A program made the position numbers and the translations under genes. DNA of 64,000 bases, from positions 100,195 to 164,194 of the forward strand of contig DF237110.1 of the NCBI GenBank assembly GCA_000708835.1. The letters run 5' to 3'. Origin of the DNA: Klebsormidium nitens. Taxonomy: Eukaryota; Plantae; Klebsormidiophyceae. Each line of letters starts with the position of its first letter. The stretch's first letter is position 1. Positions 48,383 through 60,057 of the stretch are shown piece after piece. The notes beneath the pieces are model-generated. The model was not told the origin of the DNA. It worked only from the letters and a program-made list of their open reading frames with translations, and ran no database searches.

Positions 48383-48389
48383 TATATAA
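48383..48389 (+). promoter_or_regulatory. Candidate TATA box in the short divergent PYRD/RPA3 spacer
   Basis: TATATAA lies ~95 nt upstream of the RPA3 ATG. The two ATGs are ~490 nt apart, head to head. Confidence 0.3.
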
Positions 48390-48480
48390 GCCTAGATACT
48401 GAACATAAGTCAGCAACGTCCTGTCAGCCGCGGTCAAATCAGTCTTTGAGGTGAGGATCAAGAGCTGGTACGCACTCAAG

Positions 48481-49939
48481 ATGGACACGACAGAGCCCAC
48501 TCCGTTGGTGAACTCTGCATTGTTGAGGCGATATCAAGGGAGGCGCGTGCGGTCGGTTCTGAAAATTGTTGGGAGGTGAGTTCCGCGACGCCACTTTGCT
48601 TGCATTAGATCTCAAACGGAGCAATTGGCTATGTGGGTTTTCCCCTCGAGATAGCACTTTTGGGGCTCCCAAAAAAACAAAGAAAGACGAGGAAAGCTTT
48701 GATAGCATAACGTTATTAGTTGACGAGGGCTACTACTATCAAGAGTGAACAGCTCAGATGGGGCAGCAAATCCTGTAGCTTTTGGATCAACTTGTCCAAA
48801 GTGAACACACGCTCCCTACGATCAGCTCGTCTGAGAGTCCCACCCTAGAATGCAAACGCTTTGCTGCTCTTGAAAGATAGGAGGGCCTAGATGTTTTGGG
48901 CCAATTAGATTTGCATGTTTTTCCCTCTGGCAGCATAACCTTTGGCCTTACTGATGTTCGTCCGCCAGGAACAACAATCAAATGTGAAGGATTTGTTTTA
49001 GATTCGGGAAAAATTTCAAGATAGCTTTTGGCTCTCCAGGAGCCAATCGGAAGGGTGTATGTGCACGTAATATTCCCGTGCACCTTAGTTCACCCGTTGC
49101 ATCGATCAGCAAGGGTCGCTTATGAAGAGCTCTGCCTCAGAATTGTCAGATTGTGACCAACTACTGCACAAGAGCACTCTGTCGAGTGGACCAACCTCCT
49201 TCCAGAACCAGGTCACCTGCCATTGTATCGCTGTTACACCCGCTGGGCTTTTGAGTCTGAGCACCGCCCGGCTTACTGGACCGCTTGATGCATCTGTCCT
49301 GAACCAGCTTGCCAATCATATTCAGTCCGACTATTCTGTGTCACATCCGATGCTTTGATATTTGTCTTCTTTTCGTGATTTGGACACTCAGCATTTCTTT
49401 GAAACTGTCTTAAAAAATGTAGGACGAACGACGGCATCCAGTGCTTGGCGGCTGACAACGGCACCGTCCTAGTGAGGCCTTCTCCCGGGGCACAGTATGC
49501 GTCACCGTTCGTGGAAGTCATTGGGGTCGTCGAGAACGAGACCACAATCCGGGAAGACTCATATACGAACTTTGGTGAAAACTTTGGTGAGCGTATACTA
49601 AATGATCCTCTCTTCCAAAACTCTAGAGAGTTGTTGCTTGCTTTTGTGAGACACTTGCTCCGGAAGAGCTGCCAATAAGCAGCGGCAGACCGAGGAACAT
49701 CCGAACTGTCTTGCCCATGTCCTGATACCATCTCCTGTCCCGATTTTTAAAGCAAGGTTGAAGCAGCTTTTTGCGGACTGTTGCACTGAAAGGTGCTTGT
49801 ACCTGTCTGTTGCACGGGACTTGTAATAGCAGACCTAAGCGAGGTGTTAACTCCTAGACTTGTCTTCTATGCAGATATGGGAACGTACAATCAACTCGTA
49901 AACTTGTCCAATGGGGAGCACTCACATTTGTTCATATAG
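48481..49939 (+). CDS. RPA3: Replication protein A 14-kDa subunit (RPA3), 3 exons, ~107 aa
   Basis: Exons 48481-48575, 49423-49586, 49875-49939. Translation MDTTEPTPLVNSALLRRYQGRRVRSV...FVEVIGVVE...YTNFGENFDMGTYNQLVNLSNGEHSHLFI*, matching the plant RPA3 pattern. Confidence 0.9.
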
Positions 49940-51263
49940 TCGCACTAGGCTTGATGTTGGATCGATGACATTCGAGTTTGTACATTAGTTGATTGAGCTC
50001 TTTGTTTTGATGCGATCATAAATAACGTGCTGCCACCACTAGATGGTATACAGTGAAAAGGATCGGGTTCTTGCCTTTGAGAATACTGGAGACCTGAAGG
50101 GAGTGACTGGTACCTAACCCGTTTTCAGCCACGTGTGGCAAGATTGCGCATGCACGAGTTGCCAGAAATCATCTCTGTCGCCCTCCTTACCTGCCCAGAT
50201 TAGATCGACGGCATAGGCAACGACTCAGCCAATAGAGCAATTCAGCATGACCGAACATGCTGTAATGCGGCCAAGCACGCTTCACTCTAATTTCAAGCTG
50301 TCAATCTGATCCTTTTTTGCACCAGTAACAATTTCGTCCCTTAAGCGTCTAGCCTCGGTGGCATACAGCACGAGCATTCCACATTGCACTTGGATGGATG
50401 GACAGCCGATTCTTGTATAAGAAGCTTAGCAACTCGAAGTTCTTGACACTAGACACCGTCACGTGCATCCATGACACAGCGATCTCGCTGAAAGGCAGGC
50501 CGTGCATCGTGGGCCCCAACGTGCGCCGTGTGGCCGAACACGTAATCGAACAAATTAATGGTACGGCTGTCACGGTTTCTTCATAGGTAATTCTTCATGT
50601 AATGGTGACCACAAAGCGTCACACAAAATTCGGCAGTCCAGATGCGTCCACCGGGACGTACCAGTGCAGCGGAAGCGCAGAAACGTGCTGCAGTCAACTT
50701 AGATAATGTCAGTACTAGAAGTTGATTCCCAGAACCCTTTGCAACTTTTATAATCTTTCCCATACTTGCTTGATCTATGCTCAACTACTAGAGCTGCCAG
50801 CAGTCAATTACACGTTGAATCGTTCTTACACAAACGATTATACACTACAACATCTTCCGTCTTATTTGCGTCACGCGTCTGGACAATCTGACGCCAACGC
50901 AACAACCCGAAACGACTGTATTTACCTTGACGAACTTTCATAAACTTATTTGTCGAAGGTGCTGATACTTAGCGCTAGAGGACATACTTCGAACCAGTGC
51001 CATGCCTCCCGCCAATCCGGCCTCTTTCCATCGACTGTACAATACCTATTGAAAAACAATGCGGGCTTACGAAATCTGAATCCCTTAATGATCCCAACAA
51101 AGCCCGCGACGCAACCCGCAACCCTGAGGTAGTCATCATCCTAGGCCCCAGAACCCCATACGCAGGAGCAACCCCTACTTCCACCGTCTTCTTTGATATA
51201 ATGTCTGATGTCGTACACATTTTCGTACGTAGTATTTCCGGGGGACCCAGACTTAGCTGGTCC

Positions 51264-54200
51264 CTACCCTCCTTCCTCCGACTCGTCAGGCTGCCCCCCC
51301 CAAGCCCATGACGTCAGCCCAAATCTGTCGTGCAGCAGCGCGTCCTTCTTTCTCTTTTCAAGAGTGTGAGACGTCGGGCGGGCAACTAGAACGGGACACC
51401 CTGCGTGTTTAACCACGTAGTCGCAGGTGGAGCCTAATAACGCCCTGGTGGTTAGAAGGCCAGGGTTAGTCTCGGCCCGTTGAGTCTCTGAAGACTCTTT
51501 CAGGGGTCAGATGGAGTTAGCAAGACGTCATACGGGATTGAAACGAGCTGCATGACAGGTTTCGAAACAGAAGTTGCGCTCAACTACTGGTAGGAAACTA
51601 TCGACTCGGTCTAGAATGTTATCGGAGGGTTATTCGTGTTCCATCTAATAATTGGAGCGTCACAGAGAGGACCGGGCACCCTGCAACGGCGCAACATTGA
51701 TAACAAATTGCGACAAGAGTCGACTTGTTCGTCCGAAAGAAGCGGTGGCAGCTAGTCAGGATTGATGGGGGCAGAAGGGGGGGCCTTCCCTCAAATCACG
51801 AAGGGGATCAAACAAGAAAAAAGAAAAACACTCGGTCACTGGCCCTATTCGACAAGAAAGACTGGGCATATGCTCGGCGTCATTGTGAACGGATTCTGCC
51901 GTAGTTGCGTTTGAAACGCATCAAAGGAATCGCTTGAAATCGCGAAAGTTCTGGGGGACACCACATCCTGACGCTTGAAGCTCCTTCACACCAGACGGTA
52001 CTAGTCAGACATCTTGCCGGTATGGGCCAAAGGAACAACGGAAGAAAGCCAGAAAGATGAAAGAAGCAAGAAAGAGAACAACACGAACAGATGTGAAACG
52101 GCGACAACAAACGCGGTCCAAGCTCACCTGTTTAGGATCGTCGAGGGACCCCTGCTCGCCACCACCAAAACGTCCGGCTCGTATGCCGCCACAAAAGTAC
52201 ATATCACCTCCCGGGGGTCGCCTTCCTCGATAAGAGTGTCACATTGGACCTGGAGAAGCGGTGGAAGAACTTTGACACCAGCAGAAGCTTGGCGACCCGT
52301 CCAGCAGAACTTGACTTGATTGGTCGCCAGACAGGGCCAAAGAACGTGCCAGTGAAAGGTCTTAGCCAAATGGGTATGTGCCCGCATCCGAACTTTCAAC
52401 GGACATCTTAAGAAAGGTCCGTGTTGCGTGCGGATACAACAGCTACGATGGTCCATAGGATATGTAGGAGCGGGTGTAATTGCACAAGCTGCCAGAACGG
52501 ACTGAAAGACACTCTGCAAGATCTATCCGGACGCTTTAAAACTATCGGCAACCAGATTCGAAGCATTGCAGACAAGAACTTTGCCGACTGAGTGGCTCAC
52601 TAAGCTGTAGCTGCTGAAAGCTTAAGAGTTGACGGCAATCTGGATCAAAAGCTGCAGCATTCAGACATCAGCGAAAGAGGTCTGGGGATTATGAAACATA
52701 TCAAGGGTAACGAAGCGACGGCGATCACAGTGTGCAGAAGACGTAGAGATAGAAGAGGAAGCCACCGGCCAAACGCATACCTGCAGCAGTTTCTACGTAC
52801 TCCAGAATACCCACGACTGACTTCTTGGAAACAACGTACGACCCGAAACAGGAAAGTCCGAAAGAAGGGTCGGAAATTCCGAAAGCATAGGATGGCAACC
52901 CAGAAGATGAAATATTTCGAGATCTGGAGCTGAGTATCTTGAGATTTGAAGGGAAGCGAAGGAAGAAACTGGCTCCTGACCTTCGCCTGGTCGGCAAGCT
53001 TTTTGCACTTTTCCACGAGCGCCCGGGCTTCCCGCTCTTCTTTCTGCGCCAGGTCATCCAGCATGTGGCAGGCGGTCGGACTCTTGTGGAACATGAAGTC
53101 CATCTCGTAAATGTGCGGCTCTGCACAAGGAAAGGTTTCAGAGTGGTTTGACGACTATGATCTGATTCGCCAAGAAGTGCCGAGCATCCTTCCGTCATTG
53201 GATCTAGTGCTGCAAGCGCCATGAACATAGTACTGTAATTCTGTTCTGTCGATGTGAAGTGCTGCAAACCACAGGCTTTGTTCTGTAAGACACTCAACTC
53301 CGGACATTATTTTGTGAGCAAGTATGTCATCCAGCTTAAGCTAGACAATCATCAGGCCAACCGCGAACTAGGCCAAACCTGACATTGGAAAATTGGACTG
53401 AGTGTCCAACACAGCAAGAAAGTCTTGCATTTTCCCTGAACTATGTCCAGGCCCGGTTACTCCATCTGCGAATGCTAACGCGAGGATTTGATGGTAGGAG
53501 TCTGAAATTGACATCATATGGCCATATTGAGATTGTTTTTAATACAAATCTTAGAGGGCCTCCGATCAGAACAGATTGGGGGTTCGAGATCCAGTAACAA
53601 TCAGACCCCCCAGCTAAATTTGAAAGCCACTGCACAGCATAACAGATTCTGCTCCATGGGCCTCTCTCACTTGGTTCAAACACCATCTCTCCTGATGGGG
53701 CGTAAGACTCTCCTTCAAAACATGACGCTATGCTTTTCTTATGACTCATCAATGTGGCTGCCTCTTGTCTTTGAGGCGTACCCCTTTCTCCTGGAAGTTG
53801 GACTCCTAGTAGTGCTGCCAGATGTGATGGTCAAACATTCACCGTCGGAAAGGTTCCGCATGCACAATGCCATGATTTACTGGGCAGTGAGAAACTGGCC
53901 GCAGACTTTGTGCAGCCCCTTTCCACCGGTTTACCACTATTTATTTGAATACAGCATGTCGACTCCACTTGCATGCATAAGAAGCAGCTGGAAAGGAGGG
54001 GCGCACGGATGATGCCATAAATGAGAGGTGGAAAGACCTTTTTTTAGAACGCATCAATGTCTGTTCCTTTGAATTGTAGAAATGCTGTTAATCACTCGCT
54101 AAATATCCCCTTTCACTCATCATCTGGCTGGTCCCCCTGGCGTCATTATTTCATAGGGCGGCTCCTAGAGGGGACTAACCGAGCGGACTGACAGTGACAG

Positions 54201-54500
54201 GGCAAAGAAAGGAAGCTCATCTCCTAGCCTCTCCTAGCCAGAAAGAATTGACAGGGTAATAAGGAGAGTTTAAAAGAACCGGCAAAAAATGGGGGGGGAA
54301 CTCTTGTAAGAACTGAACAAATCTCAGGAAGCATCGGAGATCTGACCTTCTAAGGGACAGGTGGCATGGAGGACCACCAGCTTGTCCCCCTTTCGGCACA
54401 CCTTCTCAAGTGCCCACTTCAGAGCGTCCACCGACTCGTCTGAACGGTCCACTGCAATTGCGATGCGCCGCCCCGGGCTCTCCTCCACCTCGGTGGACAT
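51264..54500 (-). CDS. Universal stress protein A-like (adenine nucleotide alpha-hydrolase-like), 4 exons
   Basis: Exons 54500-54347 (RRIAIAVDRSDESVDALKWAL..GDKLVVLHA), 53120-52981, 52249-52127 (EGDPREVIC..DVLVVASRG) and 51444-51264 (RALLGSTCDYVVKHAGCPVLV). Phases are consistent. Confidence 0.88.
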
Positions 54501-55290
54501 TGCGCCTGCCTTTAAGGTGCTCTAACCCCTAGAGTATCAAACTCTGCTTTGAACCAGAACTCAGCAGTAGGGATCTGTTGCTAGCGCTGCCCTTGCAAAT
54601 GTGATTCTTGTGAGAGCACGTCCAGCTTCTGCCAAGTTCTGGGGCCAGGGCCTGGGAAAGGGGCCTGCCGCCGCGTCCTACTATTTAAATATTCGTTGCT
54701 AAAATTGTTCAGATTTGATTCATGGTTCCCTCGTTTCAACTTGGATAACCGTGACGACAGGCTGATGAAACGGCAGGCTCGAGCTTACGGCAAGCTCGAC
54801 AATAAATTCTGAATCGACCGTCGACGGCGAAGAACCGGCGAGAAGTCGGCCCATTTTTTGGTTTCAGCATTGTTTGTGTAAACACGGACACTTCAAAATC
54901 GGTTTTATCCAAAAGACAATATGATTTCAAAGAGTCCAGACTCCACGAGTCCACCACCACTGAAGAAGATTCGATTTCAAAGAGAATGAATGGGAAGAAG
55001 AGGAGCGCAATTGAGGAGCAGTTCCTTCATTGCTAACTGCTGGAAACAGGGATCCCGAGGAATTTGCAAGCTCTATGCGGCAAGTGCTTGAGACAGATTG
55101 TTCTAGTGTTAGCGGAGGAAAGATCGTCAGGAGGTCTTCGTCAGCATTTTGCAGAAGGCACGCAACTTAAATACTTACGAAGTGCAGTTCAAGCCTCGTT
55201 GCCTATCCCCTCCCCTGTATTTCGATAGTCCGAAAGTAGCTGATTCGCGTTGGAGAAAGGGTGGTCACGAGCAACTAACAGCTGGCGGTC

Positions 55291-55999
55291 ATGCCGTGGC
55301 GCCGGCGCCCCCTGCTGACAGCTGTCGCTCTACTGAGCACCAACGCATTCTTGGTGTGCACAGTCGAGCCAGTGTACAACTTTGTGTGCAATCACCCTGC
55401 GTGGGAGAGACGGGTGAGCAGGAAAAGCTCTCAGCTCTGTTTCCTGCAATAAGAAACATCTGTTTCTAGGATCAAATGCATAGGGGTTCTCTTGACCAAC
55501 GCCGCAAGCGGTGTGGGCGTACAAAGATTCGGATGTCTGCTACTTCTCGTCATCACCGGTGCTTTTGCTAGGATCTAAAGCGAGTGTCAATCACAGGATG
55601 ACCTTTCGCTGATTCTTGCACCGTAAGGCCAGGGCAACACGGTTCATTCTTTCAGAGCGTTTCAAAAAACTTGGATGACGCACTTCAGAGAAGCCAACAG
55701 CTGAACAAGGTCTCTGTGCAAGCTGCCTTCAGTTTCAATATTCAACATACAAATTCAACTGTAGAGATTTGTCCTCTCAGACTTCGAATGAGTGTCAGCG
55801 TTGCATCATTCTGGTTACAATAGCAATATGCTTGGACCCTTCTTCAGAAATGTAACACTCAGGTGAACTGATATCGTGTTATTGTTCGTCCTTGCAGCGT
55901 GTGCGGCGGCAGGCTGAGAAGGAACGGGAAGAGCTGATGCGCCGCATGCTGCAAGAGCGCCTCTCTCAGCAACAGCAGCAGCGGCAGCAGTCCTCTTGA
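55291..55999 (+). CDS. 74-aa single-TM microprotein, 2 exons (absent from the ORF track)
   Basis: Exons 55291-55413 (donor gtgagc) and 55898-55999 (acceptor ccttgcag) give 225 nt in frame: MPWRRRPLLTAVALLSTNAFLVCTVEPVYNFVCNHPAWERRRVRRQAEKEREELMRRMLQERLSQQQQQRQQSS*. Confidence 0.6.
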
Positions 56000-56220
56000 C
56001 CTCGGACTCTTTGAGTAACTAGGCTGGGCAGACGATCACCCAAATCCAATTTTCAACTTCGACCAGCTGGCAACCTGCAACACAAAGCAATCCCTCTGGA
56101 GGACCCGCCTGCCCGGGCTCAGTTCCCCCTTCTGGCCGTCATAAACTAACCCTTTGCAAGCCTGTGATCAATGACCCCCCTTTTCAGCACTAGATATTGA
56201 ATCCTCGGTCTCGAGCGGGC

Positions 56221-58758
56221 ATGGGCATAAGGGCTCGCATCTACTTCGTGCGCAACGTCTGGAGGAAAGTCGCCGATTACGTCCGGTACGACCTGAGGGA
56301 GATCATTGTTCCTTCGTCGCTTCCAGATCCCCCGGGGACGGTGATTGAGAAGAAGAAGATTCCGCTAAACACGCATCTACAGGTGGGTCCCTGAAGTCAA
56401 CAACTGAACCGCTCTGACTCAGAATGCCATCTCGGAAATAAGAGTGAAGTAGTGCTCGTGGCCAGCAGAGTTGACGCTTGACTTCTGGTCAGAGATCGCT
56501 TTGCGGGTACTTGTGCGCTCACCACGGAATGTCTTGACGTAGGACTCGATAACATCAAGGGCTTCTTATTATGTGGGCCGATTGCCTTTGTCAACCGCAC
56601 CGTCAACTCATCCCTGAGAAGCCGTTCATTCGTTGGCGCACTGTTTGGTCCTTCTGCCATCCTGCTGACCGTTAGCATCTTGTTACGTTCCTGCTAGTGT
56701 CTCATTCAGAGTGAGCCCAGAACACCTTGTATCTCTGCATCGAGTGCGTCTACCCTTCTTCCTCCACCGGTCCTCCCCGTTCTCAAGAAACAAAGCGCAG
56801 GTTGAGAAATAAAACACGACATAAGTCGCCTCAGACTGGGAACACCTGTGCAATCTCTTCAGTCCTCGTTTAGGCGACAGTGTGCGGTGCTGAGGCCATG
56901 CTTGTTTGAACCCGAATGTGTCAGATACGAAAACCTTGCTTGCAAGGTTCTGGGAACATGTTGCACCCCTGACGTTGGCAGCTTCTTTGTTTCGTTTGAC
57001 CCGTTTTGTACTGATTTTCAAGCTTCTTTCTTCCATACGGAGACACGCATCCGAACTGATGAAATCCTGCTTTCAACAAGCGACAGCGGACAAGAGAAAG
57101 AATCACAAACGTTTTCCCTCACCCCCGCAGGTTTGGAAGCGGGCATGCTTTGGCGCAGCTGGACAATTTCCCCCTGTTTGTGTACTCAAGCAGAATACGA
57201 TCTTGAGCCTCTCCTTATCGGCTCACAAAACCCATAAGTAAAATCAATATGTTCGTAGAACGCCTTCGGTGTTGTAGGTATGGAAGCGGGCATGCATCAT
57301 CTACGGCCGCAGTTGGAAGATGTCCATGGGACTCATACAGCGCGACGAGGTCTGGGGCCCGAAGCCGAAATCGGAGCGGCCCAACGAGGGCGAGAAACAG
57401 GAGCCACGGGAGCCCACCTTTGCTGAGGAGCTGGGTAAGAACATCCTCTGTGCATTTCTTCCGTCGCGTTTTGACCAAGTCTCTTCTGAGTCCGACCTTC
57501 CCAAGCAGGCTGTCACAGAAAATGTTCCGGCTCTCGTACGAGAGTCTCCCGTGTTGTTGATGCAGAATGTAGTCGACGAGAAAAGTGGACTTGTTTTGCT
57601 GCGGCGTTCTTCGAGGAGCGGTTTGGCCTTCGTTTCATTTGAAATGAGTTCGATGACCTCGAAGCGGTCCTTTCTAGCCGACAGACCAACGCAGACTTTT
57701 TGCTTTGTTGGAAGGCTGTCAGGAACGTCAAAAATCTGTCCAGCAGTCCATTCACATCTGCCGTACCTGTATTGCGGCAAAGTCCTTCAAAACTTGACGT
57801 TTTTCCTTGAGCGAAATTTAACACAATGAATTGAGACAGTTCCACCCTGAAACGAAGGTTCGTAAGTGTTCCCCTCTTTTAGTATACCCCTTCTGTGTTC
57901 TTTTCCTTTCCAATCTTCCGTCTTCATTTCCCATGGTGCATTCGTCGTCTCCGACTCTATAAACTCACCCGTATAACGCCGACTTAGAATCGTGCAGATC
58001 TCAGACATCCTCAATCAGGAATCTCTCTTCACGTACTCTTCTCCCTCCGTCTCCTCTTTACCCTGCACCCCACGTTCGCTATCACAGACCCTGTGACAAA
58101 ATCCCCTTCCCTCCGGTTTCCAAACTGAGACTTGCGTCTGATTTCGAACTGAGTTCCCCACCTATTGCCGTCAAAGTGAGCCCCTCCCTCACAGGAAGCT
58201 TTCGCCCTATGCCATGACTGGTTTATGGTCATCGAACCAGGCTTGAACCCGGCGTTCTCTTCGTGGAAGGGCAGTTAACCCGCTTAACCAACTACGAACC
58301 AAACTTGGTTAACACTGCTCTCTCCCTGTGCTTGTACAGCCGCTGCGGCTAAGGCCGGGGGCGAGGGCATGCGCCCCGTGCTGCAAACCCTTCTGCAAAC
58401 TCGGGTTTCTCTTGGTAGAAGGGCACTTAACCTGCTTAACCAACCACAAACTAGACTCTCCGTTACTCTCTTCCTGTCTTGTGCAGCCGCTGCGGCTAAG
58501 GCCGGCGGCGAGGGCATGCGCCCCGTGCTGCAAAGGCTGTACGTGAGCCGCGCCAGGGGGTACCGGGATGCGTTGCAGAGCTTCGTGGGGGGGTACCAGG
58601 AGGGGCTGAAAGAGGCCATGGAAAGGGCGGCAAAAGAGGACGCGGTGTGGAAGACGGAAGCGGAGGGGGGGAGGGCGGAAACAGGCGGAAGCGAGGGGAC
58701 GAAGACGGCAAACGGAGGACAAGTCGGCGTAGATGTTGACGCAAGGATGAAAGCCTGA
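56221..58758 (+). CDS. EMB2735: EMBRYO DEFECTIVE 2735-like plant protein, 3 exons
   Basis: Exons 56221-56382 (DYVRYDLREIIVPSSLPDPP), 57278-57434 (VWKRACIIYGRSW) and 58487-58758 (GGEGMRPVLQRLYVSRARGYRDALQSFVGGYQEG). These match the recalled Arabidopsis At5g06240 motifs. Confidence 0.8.
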
Positions 58759-60057
58759 ACAGTAGGGCTACAGTGACGGCTGCGGGATCGTCGTTAATCG
58801 TTTTGGGAGCGCTTGCGCGTACTAGGGAGTTCTGGGCGACGATTGAAATGTTGCGTGCTAAGAGAGTAAAACCGACTGCGGAAGGCAATTGTCCCACCCG
58901 CCCTTAGCTTCGTTTGCCCACTTTCTGCTAGCTGCATGTGCAGTGAGTAGGATAAAAGGAACGGTGAGTCGAGGAGCAAAGCACGACTGATCGTGTGTTG
59001 GATGAAGCAAACCATTTTTGGTGGTGTCCAAAGCAGCACCGATCGGATTGTGTGCATCTTCAGGGACTCCCGCGGCCCGGCTGTTGACAGCATTTGTGCG
59101 AGCCCGAGAGAAAATTTTCTGGGTCTTTAAATAGGGGGACAATGATCCCATCTCTTGGGAAGCCGGCCCGTTTCGCCGGGTGATTGCTGAGTCGACCAAT
59201 GAAAGAATCGCTCACACTGCTTACGATCATTCTATCCTTTCGCATGCAATTGAAGGCTGGCCTGCTAAGAGATCATCGACCGCTCTCAATTCATTGATTG
59301 CACAACTGAGCTTACGTCCATAGTCGTTAACGTGTGATCAATCAGCCTGGCAGGAGGAGTTCACTATCAAATATGGTCACAAACCTTATCATGCCCTCAG
59401 CCACGTTGAGCGCGGCCAACAATGATATTTGGCCGTGCGTACATATACGTGATTGTCAACATACACTCAGGACCTTTCGCAGCACTCGGAGCACGCAAGG
59501 CCAAATTGCCACATGTATGCTAAAATTAATTATAGTTGCGATCATTTAGATCACGCAATATCAGGCAGTGCGCATGCATATGGCCCTGCCGCCAGCTAAG
59601 CAATGAACTTTGGCAAACATCATTGCGACAAGGAGGCCAGTTACTGAAATATACCTACGTTGAAATTCGACGTACCTAGCCATACGGTCCACCACCGTTG
59701 TAGCTAGCTAACTAGCTAGCTCGACATGTGTTTGCATGGCCGGGTGCATCATGATTCATGCATGCCATGCCAGTCCACCAGATGTTTATGCAGGGCGGAC
59801 GAGTCACATGCTTGGTTAATTGAAAGCACGACCCGGTTCGCCGATGACGATCCGACCAAGGAAATTGACTGCAGACCATATGGAAAATGAAGACACTGAC
59901 AATTAAGCGACAATTCTGACAACGACAGTTTATGGTTTGTGAAGACGCGGCGGTATGCAACTGTCTAGATAGGCTGCACTTGAGGTTCGCGACCCATTAG
60001 TATGTTTCAAAATCAAGCGCGCGCTGACCTAAAGGCGAGCCGTTGGTTTGGAAGCTA

